Source of the DNA: Malacoraja senta
Taxonomy: Eukaryota
Direction of reading: 5' to 3'
Assembly (NCBI GenBank): GCA_038087875.1
Contig: CM075988.1
Coordinates: 24,492,001 to 24,556,000 of the forward strand
DNA: 64,000 nt
The first letter of the stretch is position 1, and each line of letters starts with the position of its first letter. The position numbers and the translations under genes were made by a program. The notes beneath the pieces were generated by a model, which searched no databases, was not told the DNA's origin, and was given only the letters and a program-made list of their open reading frames with translations. Shown here piece by piece: positions 11,945-24,802 of this stretch.

Positions 11945-12213
11945 TAGAACAGAGGCACAATTTGTCATGCAAAAATTCACAAGCATCAGAACATTCGGCA
12001 TCCATCATGTCTGCAGCTTCTTTGTTGACCTCAGCATGAATTCTGCCAGTGTTTACTGACCATAAATTTGGACTCTAACGAGACAGATACCTTTCATTAG
12101 CAGCAGAATACTGCAGTGTTGCCTTTAGCTTTGATGAAGATTCAAATTGGACATATGCTGGGGATTTGGTTGGAAGGGGGAAGGTGCAGGGAATGATTCC
12201 TGAGCTTGGATAG

Positions 12214-12377
12214 TCTTCTTCTTATCGAGTCCATACACAAGATTAGAAGTTGTTCAGCCAGAGATGAAAACACTTCTCGGCAATTGCATACAATGGTGTC
12301 TGTCTTGCGCTTCTTGTTCATCTTGTACGTGGTGGTGGAAAGATTGGTGGAAACAGGGCCACTCTTTCCTTGACCCC
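12214..12377 (-). mobile_element. Short (GAA)n-tailed retroposon, family B, with 11-nt deletion in the ribozyme
   Basis: TSD AGCTTGGATAG (12203-12213) / AGCTTGGATGG (12378-12388); homologous to 54907-55063. Confidence 0.85.
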
Positions 12378-12509
12378 AGCTTGGATGGTGGCATGCAAAG
12401 TTTCACATAGATCTGAAATGTTTTGGATCTGAAATCTTTTGAGTTGGTGAGCTCTGGCGCGGTAGGGTAGAAATTGCTGTTGTTCTGGACAGGTGAATGG
12501 CAAAGGCAC

Positions 12510-12718
12510 TCATAAGGTCATAGGTGATAGGAGCAGAATTAGGCCATTCAGCCCATCAAGTCTACTCCACCATTCAATCATGGCTGATCTATCTCTCCCT
12601 CCTAACCCCATTATCCTGCCTTCTCCCCAGAGCCCCTGATATCCGTAGTAATCCGTACTAATCAAGAATCTATCTATCTCTGCCTTAAAACATCGATTGA
12701 CGGCCTCCACAGCCTCCA
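12510..12718 (-). mobile_element. CR1 LINE 3' end
   Basis: AVEA...FKAEIDRFLIS followed by CR1 3' UTR. Confidence 0.8.
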
Positions 12719-12899
12719 CTCCTCATCCTTCCAACTTTGCATTCAAGTGAATGTATTTTCATCGCATTCTGATGAATGTGCTTCATCTAAAGTCCAGGCC
12801 TTTAGTAGATTGCCTCTTGAACATTGACGTTTTAAGAGGGGGCCCTGCAATTCTAGAGGCATAAGAGACTACCGATGCCTTTATCTGTAACTAATAAAG

Positions 12900-13215
12900 G
12901 AGAGTGACTGGAGGAAGTCTGTGGGGTCAGAGAGCAGGGTGTGGTTAGATGGGAAGAGATATTTGATCCAAGTTCTTGCTGAGAGAGTGGTCTCCAGGGA
13001 AAGGAGAAAGGAGTTGGGGACGGGGAGATGTTGCTGGTGGTGGGATCACACTGAAGGTGGGGAACTGTCAGAGAATGATGTGTTGGATGTGGAGGCAACC
13101 CTACCGCTGCGCCACTGTGCCGCCATTTTAATTTTCCCTCCCATTCCCACACCGAGTTGCCCCACCGCAGCCTCCGTGTCTGACACGGTGAGACCAAACA
13201 CCAATTGGCGGAAAG
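12900..13215. mobile_element. Degraded Penelope-like ORF fragments (RT-endonuclease linker on minus, GIY-YIG piece on plus)
   Basis: Minus strand reads LHIQHIIL...HLQCDPTTSNI; plus strand is an eroded match to 34260-34350. Confidence 0.55.
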
Positions 13216-13772
13216 CCCCTGAAACTCTAGACCTGTATATTAATTTGAAAAATGTACCCGTCCTGTCATCAAAACATTTAACCATCATCACCATTGCTGG
13301 GGGGTTTCCCAGGTAACTCAAATGGACACATTTTCTGTCTGACACACCTGATGTGATAACATACCTGAAGCACATTTCTGAGAAAGAACATGCCGACATA
13401 CCAATATCTGCAACACATTTTCATCAGGCAAATGTGAAATTATTATTTTTATGTCAGCAACAAAGCACAACTTCTTGGACAATCCACTCTGAAAAAGTGT
13501 CACTTGTGAAGTATTTTGTGAAATATTTGCATCTTCTCTGTGAATTGGTTGTATATTAGGCAATCTGCAAATTCTAACGTTGAAAATGTGGTTGAAATAA
13601 CAAAATTACAGAGAAATGAAGGGATGATCGTGCAAGCTATCTATCATGATTAGATAGAGTAGGTCAAGAAATTATTTCCTCTTGAGGGTGAATCATAAAG
13701 GGGCTCCATTTTAAAGTTAGAGCACTGACAATTCAGACTGATGAGTGGGTGAGGTTCTCAATTACCCCCCTT

Positions 13773-14422
13773 GTTTAGTTTAGTTTAGTTTAGAGATACA
13801 GCACAAAAACAGGCCCATTGGCCCACGCCGACCAGCGATCTGTGCATAACAACACTATCCTACACACACTAGGGACTATTTATATTTATATTAAGCCAAT
13901 TAGCCTACAAATCTGTACGTCTAGGGTGGTATGGTGGCGCAGTGGTAGAGTTGCTGCCCTACAGCGCTTGCAGTGCCAGAGACTGGGGTTCGATCCCGAC
14001 TACGGGTGCTGTCTGTAAGGAATTTGTGTGTTCTCCCCATGACCACGTGAGTTTCCTTCGAGATCAGTTTCCTCCCACACTCCAAAAATGTACAGGTTTG
14101 TAGGGTTAACTGGCTTGGATTTGTATACTTGGTATAAGTGTACATTGTCCCCAGTGTGTGTCGGCTTGTTTTAATGTGCGGGGATCACTGGTTGGTGCGG
14201 ACTCGATTGCCGTAGGGCCTGATTCTGCGCTGTATCTCTAATCTAAACTAAAATAAACTAAACTATGTATCGTGGGAGGAAACAGGAGCTTCCCGGAGAA
14301 AACCCACGCAGATCATGCGGAGAACATACAAACTCCGTACATACAGCACCCGTAATCAGGGTCGAACTCGGGTCTCTGGCGCTGCAAGGCAGCAACTCTA
14401 CCGCTGCGCCATCGTGCTGCCC
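13773..14422 (-). mobile_element. HE1-type V-SINE with a second HE1 copy nested in opposite orientation at about 13924-14264
   Basis: Outer copy split within the V domain; inner copy has A/B boxes and (CTAAA)n tail. Confidence 0.8.
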
Positions 14423-14890
14423 GGAGTTATTCTGGAATTGTGCTGAATGATGTGTTTGTTCAGGGAGTTTGACAACTTAGATGCTTCTCTGGAGAATGAA
14501 ACCTCGTGGAATTTCAGAGTTAGACAATCAAATTAGATTTCAATTGGTTTTACTTACAATTTTTATAACTTGCCGTGTGCTCTGAAAGTGATACAAATTA
14601 CATGTAAACTTTGGTTAGAAGTTTCTTGCCATTATTTTATTTTGAATCGATGGAATTTACCCGAGTTTTTTCTGTGCTTGACATTATGGGGAAACCACAG
14701 GAGGAAAGTTTATTTCAATATTACTCATCCTTAAATTTTTCTATTATTTTGTGTTCTGCCTTTTATTGTTAAATCCATCTCACCGTAGGACAGCATTCAA
14801 ATATCTTATTTGGGATTAGGTAATGTTGAGACACACAGTGATAACATTCACCGAAGCCCAATGTCACGTGAGCAAAGGTGATGTGAATAA

Positions 14891-15427
14891 GCAGCGGTAG
14901 AGTTGCTGCCTCACAGCGCCAGAGACCCGGGTTCGATCGTGACTACAGGTGCCGTCCGTATGGAGTTTGTACGCTCTCACCGTGACCTGCGCGGGTTTTC
15001 CCCGGGATCCCTTGTTTCCCCTCACACTTCAAAGACGTACAGGTTTGTAGGCTACACAAAAATGCTGGAGAAACTCAGCGGGTGCAGCAGCATCTATGGA
15101 GCGAAGGAAATAGTCAACGTTTCAGGCTGAAACCCTTCTTCAGACCAGACCTGAGTCTGAAGAAGGTTTTCGGCCCGAAACGTTGCCTATTTCCTTTGCT
15201 CCATAGATGCTGCTGCACCCGCTGAGTTTCTCCAGCGTTTTTGTGTACCTTCGATTTTTCAGCATCTGCAGTTCCTTCTTAAACAGGTTTGTAGGCTAAT
15301 TGGCTTGGTATAATTGTAAATTGTCTCTAGTGTGTGTGGAATAGTGTTAGTGTGCAGGGATTGCTGGTCAGCGCGGACTGGGTGATCCGAAGGACCTGTT
15401 TCCGCACTGTATCTCTAAACTAAACTA
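14891..15427 (+). mobile_element. HE1-type V-SINE interrupted by a Penelope fold-back insertion
   Basis: SINE sequence resumes after duplicated ACAGGTTTGTAGGCTA. Confidence 0.85.
15055..15282. mobile_element. Penelope-derived inverted (fold-back) mini-insertion with 16-bp TSD
   Basis: Arms of about 90 bp (about 15053-15145 and 15155-15247); TSD at 15039-15054 and 15283-15298. Confidence 0.85.
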
Positions 15428-16454
15428 TATCTGTGTGGGAACTAAACTAGACTAAACCAAACCCTGCGTAGGAAGGAACTGCGGATGCTGGTTTAAACCA
15501 AAGACAGACACTAAAAGCTGGAATAACTCAGCAGGAGCGAAGGAATGGGTGACGTTTCGGGTCGAGACCCTTCACCAGACTGAGAGTCAGAGAAAAGAGA
15601 AAGGAGAGCTATAGAACAAATGTATGAAAGTTATGCAAAAAAAGTAACGATGATAAAGGTGTTTCATCTCCTGCCGTTGCACTTCTGCCTGAACCAAAAT
15701 GCCTCACGTTGTTGCAGATAGTGATGAGCCATGTTACCTCACCTCAGCTGCAAATATCCTCTTTAAATCACTTCTTTCAACTGTCCAAACATTGTTTGCT
15801 GGTAAATATTATACAGAGTATTCCAAAACACTTTGCATAAAATACATACATCTAACCATCTGAAGCTTGCAGCTGAATTATGTGGCTTGAATTTTTTTGT
15901 AAACTGCTGCTCCCAAATACAGTTTAAAACCAGTATGTTATTGAGTGTTGTGTGATAACAGACAGAATGCATATATATCAACATTGTATCTAAAAAAAAG
16001 TTTCATCAAAATGGTTCTTTTCTTTTTGGACCTGATCCAGGAATTACTGAGGAAGGGACTCAACTCGATATGTCACCTATTTCTTTTCTATAGAGATGCC
16101 GCCTGACCTGCTGAGTTACTCCAGCTTTTGTGTCTATCTTCAGTTTAAACCAGCATCAGCAGTTCCTTCCTGCATGACAAAATGAGGATCAGGCTTGTGA
16201 CTGCTAGAGCTTCTAAACTGCGGGTGCTGTGTTTGCCTGACCCGGTGGAATCGTTCAGTAAATCTAGACCTGATTTTTCTAATGTGTTTTACTGGACAGC
16301 CTCACATCCAAGACTCTGGTATGTCCACATGACCTCAGGTTGTGGCTTTGCACAACCTAATCCTACCTCCATGACTGACCTCAAGATACAAGCAGACCAA
16401 CCCCATCTCTACCCGAGATCAGTATGTAACCAAACGCAACACTCCACTGAATGA

Positions 16455-16820
16455 TGTCTGGATGTGGATAAGCATATGCATGAGGGGATGTTTCCATTAG
16501 TGGGAGAGTCCAGAACTAGAGGTCACAGCCTCAGAATTAAAGGACGTTATTTTAGGAAGGAGATGAGGAGAAATTTCTTTAGTCAGAGGGTGGTGAATCT
16601 GTGGAATTCTTTACCACAGAAGGTTGTAGAGGCCAAGTCAGTGAATATTTTTTAAGGCAGAGTTAGATAGATTCTTGATGAGTACGGGTGTCAGGGGTTA
16701 TGGGGAGAAGGCAGGAGAATGGGGTTAGGAGGGAGAGATAGATCAGCCATGATTGAATGGCGGAGTAGACTTGATGGGCCGAATGGCCTAATTCTACTCC
16801 TATTTCTTATGACCTTATAA
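16455..16820 (+). mobile_element. CR1 LINE 3' end
   Basis: MFPLVGESRTRGHSLRIKGRYFRKEMRRNFFSQRVVNLWNSLPQK followed by 3' UTR. Confidence 0.85.
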
Positions 16821-16923
16821 CTCGTGTACATGGACATATAGCGGTTCCTGTTCCTGTATCGATTTCACTTCCCTCTGTGCTCTTACTGCTCAGGAGAATT
16901 TACCAAGCTGGTTTTATTGTCAT

Positions 16924-18516
16924 ATAGAAACATAGAAACATAGAAAATAGGTGCAGGAGTAGGCCATTCGGCCCTTCGAGCTTGCACCGCCATTTGATAT
17001 GATCATGGCTGATCATCCAACTCAGTATCCCATCCCTGCCTTCTCTCCATACCCCCTGATCCCTTTAGCCACAAGGGCCACATCTAACTCCCTCTTAAAT
17101 ATAGCCAATGAACTGGCCTCAACTACCTTCTGTGGCAGAGAATTCCACAGATTCACCACTCTCTGTGTAAAAAATGATTTCCTCATCTCGGTCCTAAAAG
17201 TCTTCCCTCTTATCCTTAAACTGTGACCCCTAGTTCTGGACTTCCCCAACATCGGGAATAATCTTCCTGCATCTAGCCTGTCCAACCCCTTAAGAATTTT
17301 GTAAGTTTCTATAAGATCCCCCCTCAGTCTTCTGAATTCCAACGTGTGCAAGCCGAGTCTATCCAGTCTTTCCTCATATGAAAGTCCTGCCATCCCAGCA
17401 ATCAGTCTGGTGAACCTTCTCTGTACTCCCTCTATGGCAAGAATGTCTTTCCTCAGATTAGGAGACCAAAACTGTACGCAATACTCCAGGTGTGGTCTCA
17501 CCAAGACCCTGTACAACTGCAGTAGAACCTCCCTGCTCTTATACTCAAATCCTTTTGCTATGAATGCTAACATACCATTTGCTTTCTTCACTGCCTGCTG
17601 CATCTGCATTCCTACTTTCAATGACTGGTGTACCATGACACCCAGGTCTCGTTGCATCTCCCCTTTTCCTAATCGGCCACCATTCAGATAATAGTCTACT
17701 TTCCTGTTTTTGCCACCAAAGTGGATAACCTCACATTTATCCACATTATACTGCATCTGCCATGCCTTTGCCCACTCACCCAACCTATCCAAGTCACCTT
17801 GCAGCCTCCTAGCATCCTCCTCACAGCTAACACTGCCCCCCAGCTTCGTGTCATCCGCAAACCTGGAGATGTTGCATTCAATTCCCTCATCCAGATCATT
17901 AATATATATTGTAAATAGCTGGGGTCCCAGCACTGAGCCTTGCGGTACCCCACTAGTCACTGCCTGCCATTCTGAAAAGGACCCGTTTACTCCTACTCTT
18001 AGCTTCCTGTCTGCCAGCCAGTTCTCTATCCACATCAATACTGAACTCCCAATACCATGTGCTTTAAGTTTGTATACTAATCTCTTATGTGGGACCTTGT
18101 CGAAAGCCTTCTGAAAGTCCAGATATAACACATCCACTGGTTCTCCCTTATCCACTCTACTAGTTACATCCTCGAAAAATTCTATAAGATTCGTCAGACA
18201 TGATTTACCTTTCATAAATCCATGCTGACTTTGTCCAATGAACTCACCACTTTCCAAATGTGCTGCTATCCCATCTTTAATAACTGACTCCAGAATTTTC
18301 CCCACCACCGATGTTAGACTAACTGGTCTGTAATTCCCCGTTTTCTCTCTCCCTCCCTTTTTAAAAAGTGGGGTTACATTAGCTACCCTCCAGTCCTCAG
18401 GAACTACTCCAGAATCTAAAGAGTTTTGAAAAATTATCACTAATGCATCCACTATTTCTGCGGCTACTTCCTTAAGTACTCTGGGATGCAACTTATCCGG
18501 CCCTGGGGATTTATCA
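16924..18516 (-). mobile_element. 5'-truncated CR1-clade (HER1-like) LINE
   Basis: (TTTCTATG)n tail at about 16924-16947, 3' UTR, uninterrupted RT frame. Confidence 0.95.
17022..18516 (-). CDS. CR1 ORF2 reverse transcriptase domain, 5'-truncated, no internal stops
   Basis: KSPGPD, NYRPVSLTS, QHGF, YLDFQKAFDKVPH, QGSVLGP, FADD, RPHLEYC, WNSLP motifs. Confidence 0.9.
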
Positions 18517-18774
18517 CAAGTACGATGAGGTGCAGGTACAATAAAAACCTTGCTTACTGCAACACCACAGGCACATCGACTCACACAACACACAAACTTA
18601 AATTATACATCAATTCTACAAGACAGTGTGGAGAAAAAGACTGCAAAAGGAAAAACAAGACTTTAGTGCAAGGAATTCCCAGTTGGAAAACAAGTCCAAA
18701 CATAAATTATACATAAAATACACAGATAAACTTCTTCAAGGCTGTAAAAAGAAAGAAAAGAATGTAAAAAGACA

Positions 18775-19255
18775 GTGGTGAAGCGGCAGACAGTGGAGCC
18801 GCTACCTCACAGCGGCAGAGACACGGATTTGTTCCTGACTAAGGGTGCCGTCCATACGGAGTTTGTACGTTCTCCTGTGACTGCGTGGGTTTTCTCGGGG
18901 TGGTCCGGTTTCCTCCCACATTCCAAAGTCACACAGGTTTGTAGATTAATTGGCTTTTGTAAATCGTCCCTAGTGTGTAGGAATGCAAAAGTGGTATAAC
19001 ATACAACTAGTGTAGTGGTAGCTACAGCTCAAGAGAGAGCTAGATAGGGCTCTTAAAAACAGCGGAGTCAGGGGATATGGGGAGAACGGGGTACTGATTG
19101 GGGATGATCAGCCATGATCACATTGAATGGCGGTGCTGGCTCGAAGGGCCGAATGGCCTACTCCTGCACCTATTGTCTATTGTAATCGATGGTCGGCGTG
19201 GATATGATGGGCCGAAGGGTCCGTTTGCACGGTGTATCTCTCTAAACCCGAAACC
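18775..19255 (+). mobile_element. HE1-type V-SINE with CR1 3' fragment inserted at about 19030-19182
   Basis: Degenerate A/B boxes and V domain; CR1 (CTATTGT)n tail inside. Confidence 0.7.
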
Positions 19256-20427
19256 GTTAGAATGGAAAGCTTCCTTCCCATCCCAAGATGTAGTACTACT
19301 CTGATTGTGGGGTGTCTTGCACACCCCCAACTTGAAATGTTCCACGACTATCAGCAGTGCTTTCCATCGCTTGCCCCCTTCTGTTTACTCACTAAGTTAC
19401 TTCATTCACTTTAGTTTCAAAAAAGTCTGTTGTCCCCTTATAGTTCAATGCTGATATTTTTTGATAATTTTGATAATTTTGATGTATTTTGATATATGGT
19501 TAATTCCAGCACGCCTCTAGTAATTTATGAATATTACAGGAATGATTCAAGATTCAAGATTCAAGAGATTCAATGGGGGGCATTTGAAGTAATCACCGTC
19601 CAATGCACTCTGAGACGCCTGACCCTGGAGTGTATGCATGGTCCACTGGCAAGTCTTTTAGATTGCTGGTTCCAAATGGACTCTGCACCCAATGATGGAG
19701 GTCCATGTTATAGGTCACGCTAGGATGAGCCACCCGCCATCTGGAAACTGTGGACTTCTGTCTGAAGCTTGAAAGACCCAGGTGCGTTCCTCAAAAGTTT
19801 GCAGGTGAGTGATCACTGCAGTGTATTTATAGTGAGACTAGTATTTCTCTTTCCTGTACTGTACTATGGTCAGAGTGACATTGGCAAACCTATATCTCCC
19901 GACCCAGTTTATAGACACATTCCTCTGTTGTTAGCTCTTTGCACCTGGCTAAGCCCCAGTCATAAATCCAGCTCCAACCCGCTCCACACACTTACTTTGG
20001 ACATTTCACCGAGAGGCCGTTTAATGCAAGTTTTGTTGCTTTATTTCTGCTTGTGAGGGAAGCAGAGATGATGGAAATCAATGAAGGCTGCGTCTTTTCA
20101 CAAACTGTTTCTGGAGGTTAAAGCGGCCAAAAGATCTCCACCAGATATCGCTGGGAACCATGTCGAAAGAAAATGGGAAAATGCCCAAGTAAGCATTTCC
20201 ATTCGAGAGAAGCATTGTGACAGCTCCACGAACAACCAGTGCACTTTGGAGGGGCTTAAGATCATGTTACATGTGAGAGCTCTTGGTGTGCTAAGCAGAA
20301 AATCCCACCTATTGAATGCACAGTCTGATTGATATAAACTAAACTGCAGCAAAAGCTGGAGATCTTTGAAATCATGTCCATTGATATTCAGATATGGCTC
20401 AGTTGGTAGAACTGCATCAAGAGTCAT

Positions 20428-20725
20428 CAGTTCAGTTTAGTTTATTGTCACGTGTACCGAGGTACAGTGAAAAGCTTTTTGTTGCGTGCTAACCAGTCAG
20501 CAGAAAGACGATACATGATTACATTCGAGCCATTTGCAGTGTATAGATACATGACAAGGGAATAACGTTTAGTGCAAGGTAAAGCCAGCAAAGTCTAATC
20601 AAGAATGGTCTGAGCATCACCAATGAGGTAGATAGTAGTTCAGCGTTGCTCTCTGGTTGTGGTAGGATGATTCAGTTGCCTGATAACAGCTGCGCAGAAA
20701 CTGTCTCTGAACCTGGAGGTGTGCA
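20428..20725 (-). mobile_element. LINE 3' UTR fragment (Rex1-like)
   Basis: Homologous to 9810-10030; (CAGTT)n tail on the plus strand. Confidence 0.5.
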
Positions 20726-20845
20726 AAGTTCATTGATTCCAGATCCAGTCCAAAGAGTTTGAATGTGTAGGAAGGAACTGCAGATGGACACAAAAAGCTG
20801 GAGTAACTCAGCGGGACAGGCAGCATCTCTGAGGGAAGGAATGGT

Positions 20846-23253
20846 ATCTTAAACTGTGGCCCCTGGTTCTGGACTCCCCCAACATCGTTTTTTCCTGCAT
20901 CTAGCGTGTCCAATCCCTTAATAATTTTATATGTTTCTATAAGATTCCCTCTCATCCTAAATTCCAGTGAATACAAGTCATTCAATTCTTTCATCATGTG
21001 ACAGTCCCGCCATCCCGGGAATTAACCTTGTAAACCTACGCTGCACTCCCTCAATAGCAAGAATGTCATTCCTCAAATTAGGGGACCAAAACTGCACACA
21101 TTACTCCAGGTGTGGTCTCACCAGGGCCCTGTACAACTGCAGAAGGACCTCTTTGCTACTATACTCAAATCCTCTCGTTATGAAGGCCAACATGCCATTC
21201 GCTTTCTTCACTGCCTGCTTCACCTGCATGCTTACTTTAAGTGATTAATGTACAAGTAGCAATGTTACAAAATTTTGAGATTTTAAAAATAAAGTCTGTA
21301 ATTTATCCCATCAGATAAAGCATAAAAATAAGTTTAATTTGACACCTAATTCACTTTCATATCTTCAGTATTAAAAAAGTTATGGCCATTTTCATACTCG
21401 GAAATTAGCATCTTGTTCCCTATTGCTTTTCCATTGACTTAACACAAAAGCTGTGATCGAGGACAGTCAAAAGCCCATAACTTTCTTAAAAATTATGATA
21501 ACTGAAAGAAATTTTCAGTTATTATAGATTGAAGCATTCTGAAACAAATATGAAACAATCTTACTTAGATGACATGAAATTAAAGTATATAATTAGTTAG
21601 TTACCTAATTGTAGCTAATTACAAAATTCAATTACTAGATCTAAACATCTATCAATTTCTTAAGAATAGATTAACATTTTTAAATAGCCTAAGTGTCCAA
21701 ATAACATTCACACAAGAATTCACAATATAACATAATTTTTTTATCTCATTGTCATGGATTTACAGGCCAAATGGAAGAAATTGAATGTTTAATACCTGTA
21801 AATTAATGGGAATTTATATCATCTTGCGAGTGAGGATTTCTGGAACGCGATCTTTTGGAACGTTCATTTGCGGTGAATTTAACCCCGTATTGGCTTGAAA
21901 ATTATTGCCGTTAGTTCGGGGGGAAAAATCACCGTGTCGCATGTAAAAATGTGAATTAAAGGCTTCTTAAGGAGAACGTTTATACATAAAAATAAAGCAC
22001 TTTCGTTTACCTGTCCCGTGTGTGAAATCCGTCCCCGTTGTTGGCGTTGACGGGTTCAGAAGATGATTTTAAAATGATTCCAACGCTGAACTTGTCGGGA
22101 GATTTTTAAAACTAAATATTCAAAACGTCCCTTAGAACGATTCTTTCGCAAAAGCTTGTACTCCAACAAAATACAATTCAGGACAAGGTAGGAGAAACCC
22201 GCGTTTTAACCCCGCCCCCCCCTTAAAGGCGCCAAAATCGCGCACACGGCCAGTGACAGAATTACAGCGCGACTGAAGGCAAGTATTGTAACATACCTAG
22301 TACAAGCACTCCCAGGTCTCGTTGTACTTCCCCTTTTACTAATCTGACACCATTCAGATAATAATCTGAGTTCTTGTTCTTGCCAACAAAGTGGATAACC
22401 TCACATTTATCCACATTATACTGCAACTGCCATGCATCTGCCCACTCACCCAACCTGTCCAAGTCACCCTGCATCCTCACAGCATCCTCTCCACAGTTCA
22501 CACTGCCACCCAGCTTTGTGTCATCTGCAAATTTGCTAATGTTACTTTTAATTCCTTCATCTAAATCATTAATATATTACAAATAGCTGCGGTCCCAGCA
22601 CCGAACCTTGCAGCACCCCACTAGTCTCTACCTGCCATTCTGAAAGGGACCTGTTAATCCCTACTCTGTTTTTCCTGTCTGCCAACCAATTTCCCATCCA
22701 TGTCAGTACCCTGCCCCCAATCCCATGTGCTCTAATTTTGCCCACTAATCTCCTGTGTGGGACCTTATCAAAGGCTTTCTGACAGTCCAGATACACTACA
22801 TTCACTGGCTCTCCCTTATCCATTTTACTTGTTACATCCTCAAAAAATTCCATAAGATTAGTCAAGCAAGATTTCCCCTTTGTAAATCCATGCTGACTTG
22901 GACCGATCCTGTTACTGCTATCCAAATGCGCCGAAGCAAGGAACATCTTTAATAATGGACTCCAGCATCTTACCCACCACCAGTGTCAGGCTAACTGGTC
23001 AATAATTCCATGCTTTCTCTCTCCCTCTTTTCTTAAAAAGTGGGATAGCATTAGCTACCCACCAATCCACAGGAACTGATCCTGAATCTATAGAACATTA
23101 GAAAATGATCACCAATGCATCCACGATTTCTAGAGCCACCTCCTTGAGTACCCTGGGATGCAGACCATCAGGCCCTGGGGATTTATCAGCCTTCAGTACC
23201 ATCAGTCTACCCAACACCATTTCCTGACTAATGTGAATTTCCTTCAGTTCCTC
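20846..23253 (-). pseudogene. Frameshifted CR1 RT region interrupted by a DNA transposon
   Basis: ORF pieces KADKSPGPDGLHPRVLKE, QHGFTKGKSCLTNL...QGSVLGP and QGDLDRLGEWA. Confidence 0.9.
21257..22299. mobile_element. Non-autonomous DNA transposon, 1043 bp, TAG...CTA termini, 7-bp TSD (hAT-like)
   Basis: TIRs TAGCAATGTTACAAAATTT / AAGTATTGTAACATACCTA; TSD GTACAAG at 21250-21256 and 22300-22306; CR1 host rejoins when it is removed. Confidence 0.85.
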
Positions 23254-24134
23254 CAAATGATGTACTTGGGGATTGCACAATACAGCATTAAAAAAAAAAT
23301 TGGACAGGTGCATGGGCAGGAAGGGTTTAGAGGGACATTAGCCAAACCGGGCAGGTGGCACCAGCGTAGATGGGGCATCCTGGTCAGCATGGGCAAGTTG
23401 GGCTGAAAGCCCTGTTTCCGTGCTGTGTGACTATGATTCTAAGAAGATAGATGTCGCTTTGATGTAATGACTCTGACCATCTCTCTGGACAATGGCCTGA
23501 ATTAAGGGCTCAAGCCTTGGGAGAAGAACTTGAACCCACAACTTAATAAGAGGAACTTAATAAGAGACACTAGGCAGGTGAGCTTCATGATTAGGTTTCA
23601 CCAGATTCCTTGTTTGTCTGTATATATCAGGCCTTCAATCACTAACAATAATTCCCTCCCACTGCGTGGCATAGCTGCTGTAATAATGCAATGTCTTACC
23701 GACCAATTCAGTTAAAGAATTCCTCCTTCAGTAGGTTCTGATTGAAACTGTAACCCGTGAGTAGGCAGCTGAAAGTGAGAGTTTCACTCCACACTATCCA
23801 GTGCAAACCTCATGGGTTGACTTAATGAAGCAAGGAACATCAATGCCTATTGCAAGGGAGAAGCAGACAGCCTGCCGCAGCAAGTCTCAGCCGACTGCAG
23901 AGCTGAAAATTAAAACTACATTGCTTTGCCGAGAGTAGGTTTTCTGGCCTGTGAGGTGCTTATTGAATATTGATGCTGAAACTATTTCTATTCTCTGGGC
24001 ACAGTTCAACAGCTACAGGTTTACCTCTGTTCCCTCATCCAAGTGAACAGTTATGATGAGTGAGACATGAATGTGAGTGTTGACAAGCTACTAAACTGTA
24101 AGTGCCTCACCAGTGATCGAAAGCTAAATGATCG

Positions 24135-24340
24135 AGAACCAGAGGACATGGGTTTAAGGTGAAGGGGGAAAAGATTTTAATAGGAACCTTTAATGAGGGG
24201 TAAGTTTTATAGGAATCTTTAATGAGGGGTAACTTTTTCCACACAAAGGGCGGTGGGTGTATGGAACAAGCTGCCAGAGGAGGTAGTTAAGACAGGGACT
24301 ATTGCAAATTTAAGAAACAATTAGACAGGTACATGGATGG
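24135..24340 (+). mobile_element. CR1 3' fragment with internal tandem duplication of about 29 bp
   Basis: ATAGGAACCTTTAATGAGGGGTAA repeated twice; GVWNKLPEEVV-coding text follows. Confidence 0.65.
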
Positions 24341-24749
24341 GAGGAGGAGAGGGAACATTGTTTGTACGTTAGTTACCTAAAATTGGAGAATTTCATTCAA
24401 ATATACTAACCCAACGTGGATCTTGCCATCACTGAATGCAACCTTATGTACACGTCACATCAGAGCTGCAGGCTCCACTCAGTGCCGCCTCATCAGCCCA
24501 CTTCACGCAGCGGTATGGGAGTCGATCATTGTGCCGCAATTTGGCCACACGCACAGGTCACCGAGTCCCCTGTCCCCTGCATTTTCCATCACATTATTAC
24601 GCAGCTGCTCTGTAGCTGGCATGGGTTGAGAAGGGTCTCGACCTGAAACGTCACCCATTCCGTCTCTCCAGAGTTGCTGCCTGTCCCGCTGAGTTACCCC
24701 AGCGTTTTGTGTCTATCTTATGGGCTTGGCATCTTTCCCAGTAATCAGC

Positions 24750-24802
24750 GGGGTGGGAAATTGCAACCTTCACGTGGTCCGCCCTGTTTCGACGAATGCA
24801 AT
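24750..24802 (+). ncRNA. Minimal HDV-like ribozyme fold
   Basis: P1 GGGGTGG/CCGCCCT, P2 ATTGCA/TGCAAT, P3 ACC/GGT, L3 TTCACGT, minimal P4 region with TTCG, J4/2 CGAA. Confidence 0.8.

Noticed and set aside
18517..18593. N-terminus MCCVSRCACG... of the 523-aa ORF
   Set aside because: Flanking sequence in frame by chance; CR1 homology starts at DKSPGPD
19451..19495. Short TTTTGATAA-type tandem repeat
   Set aside because: Low-complexity slippage without spacers; no CRISPR-like array was seen anywhere in the window
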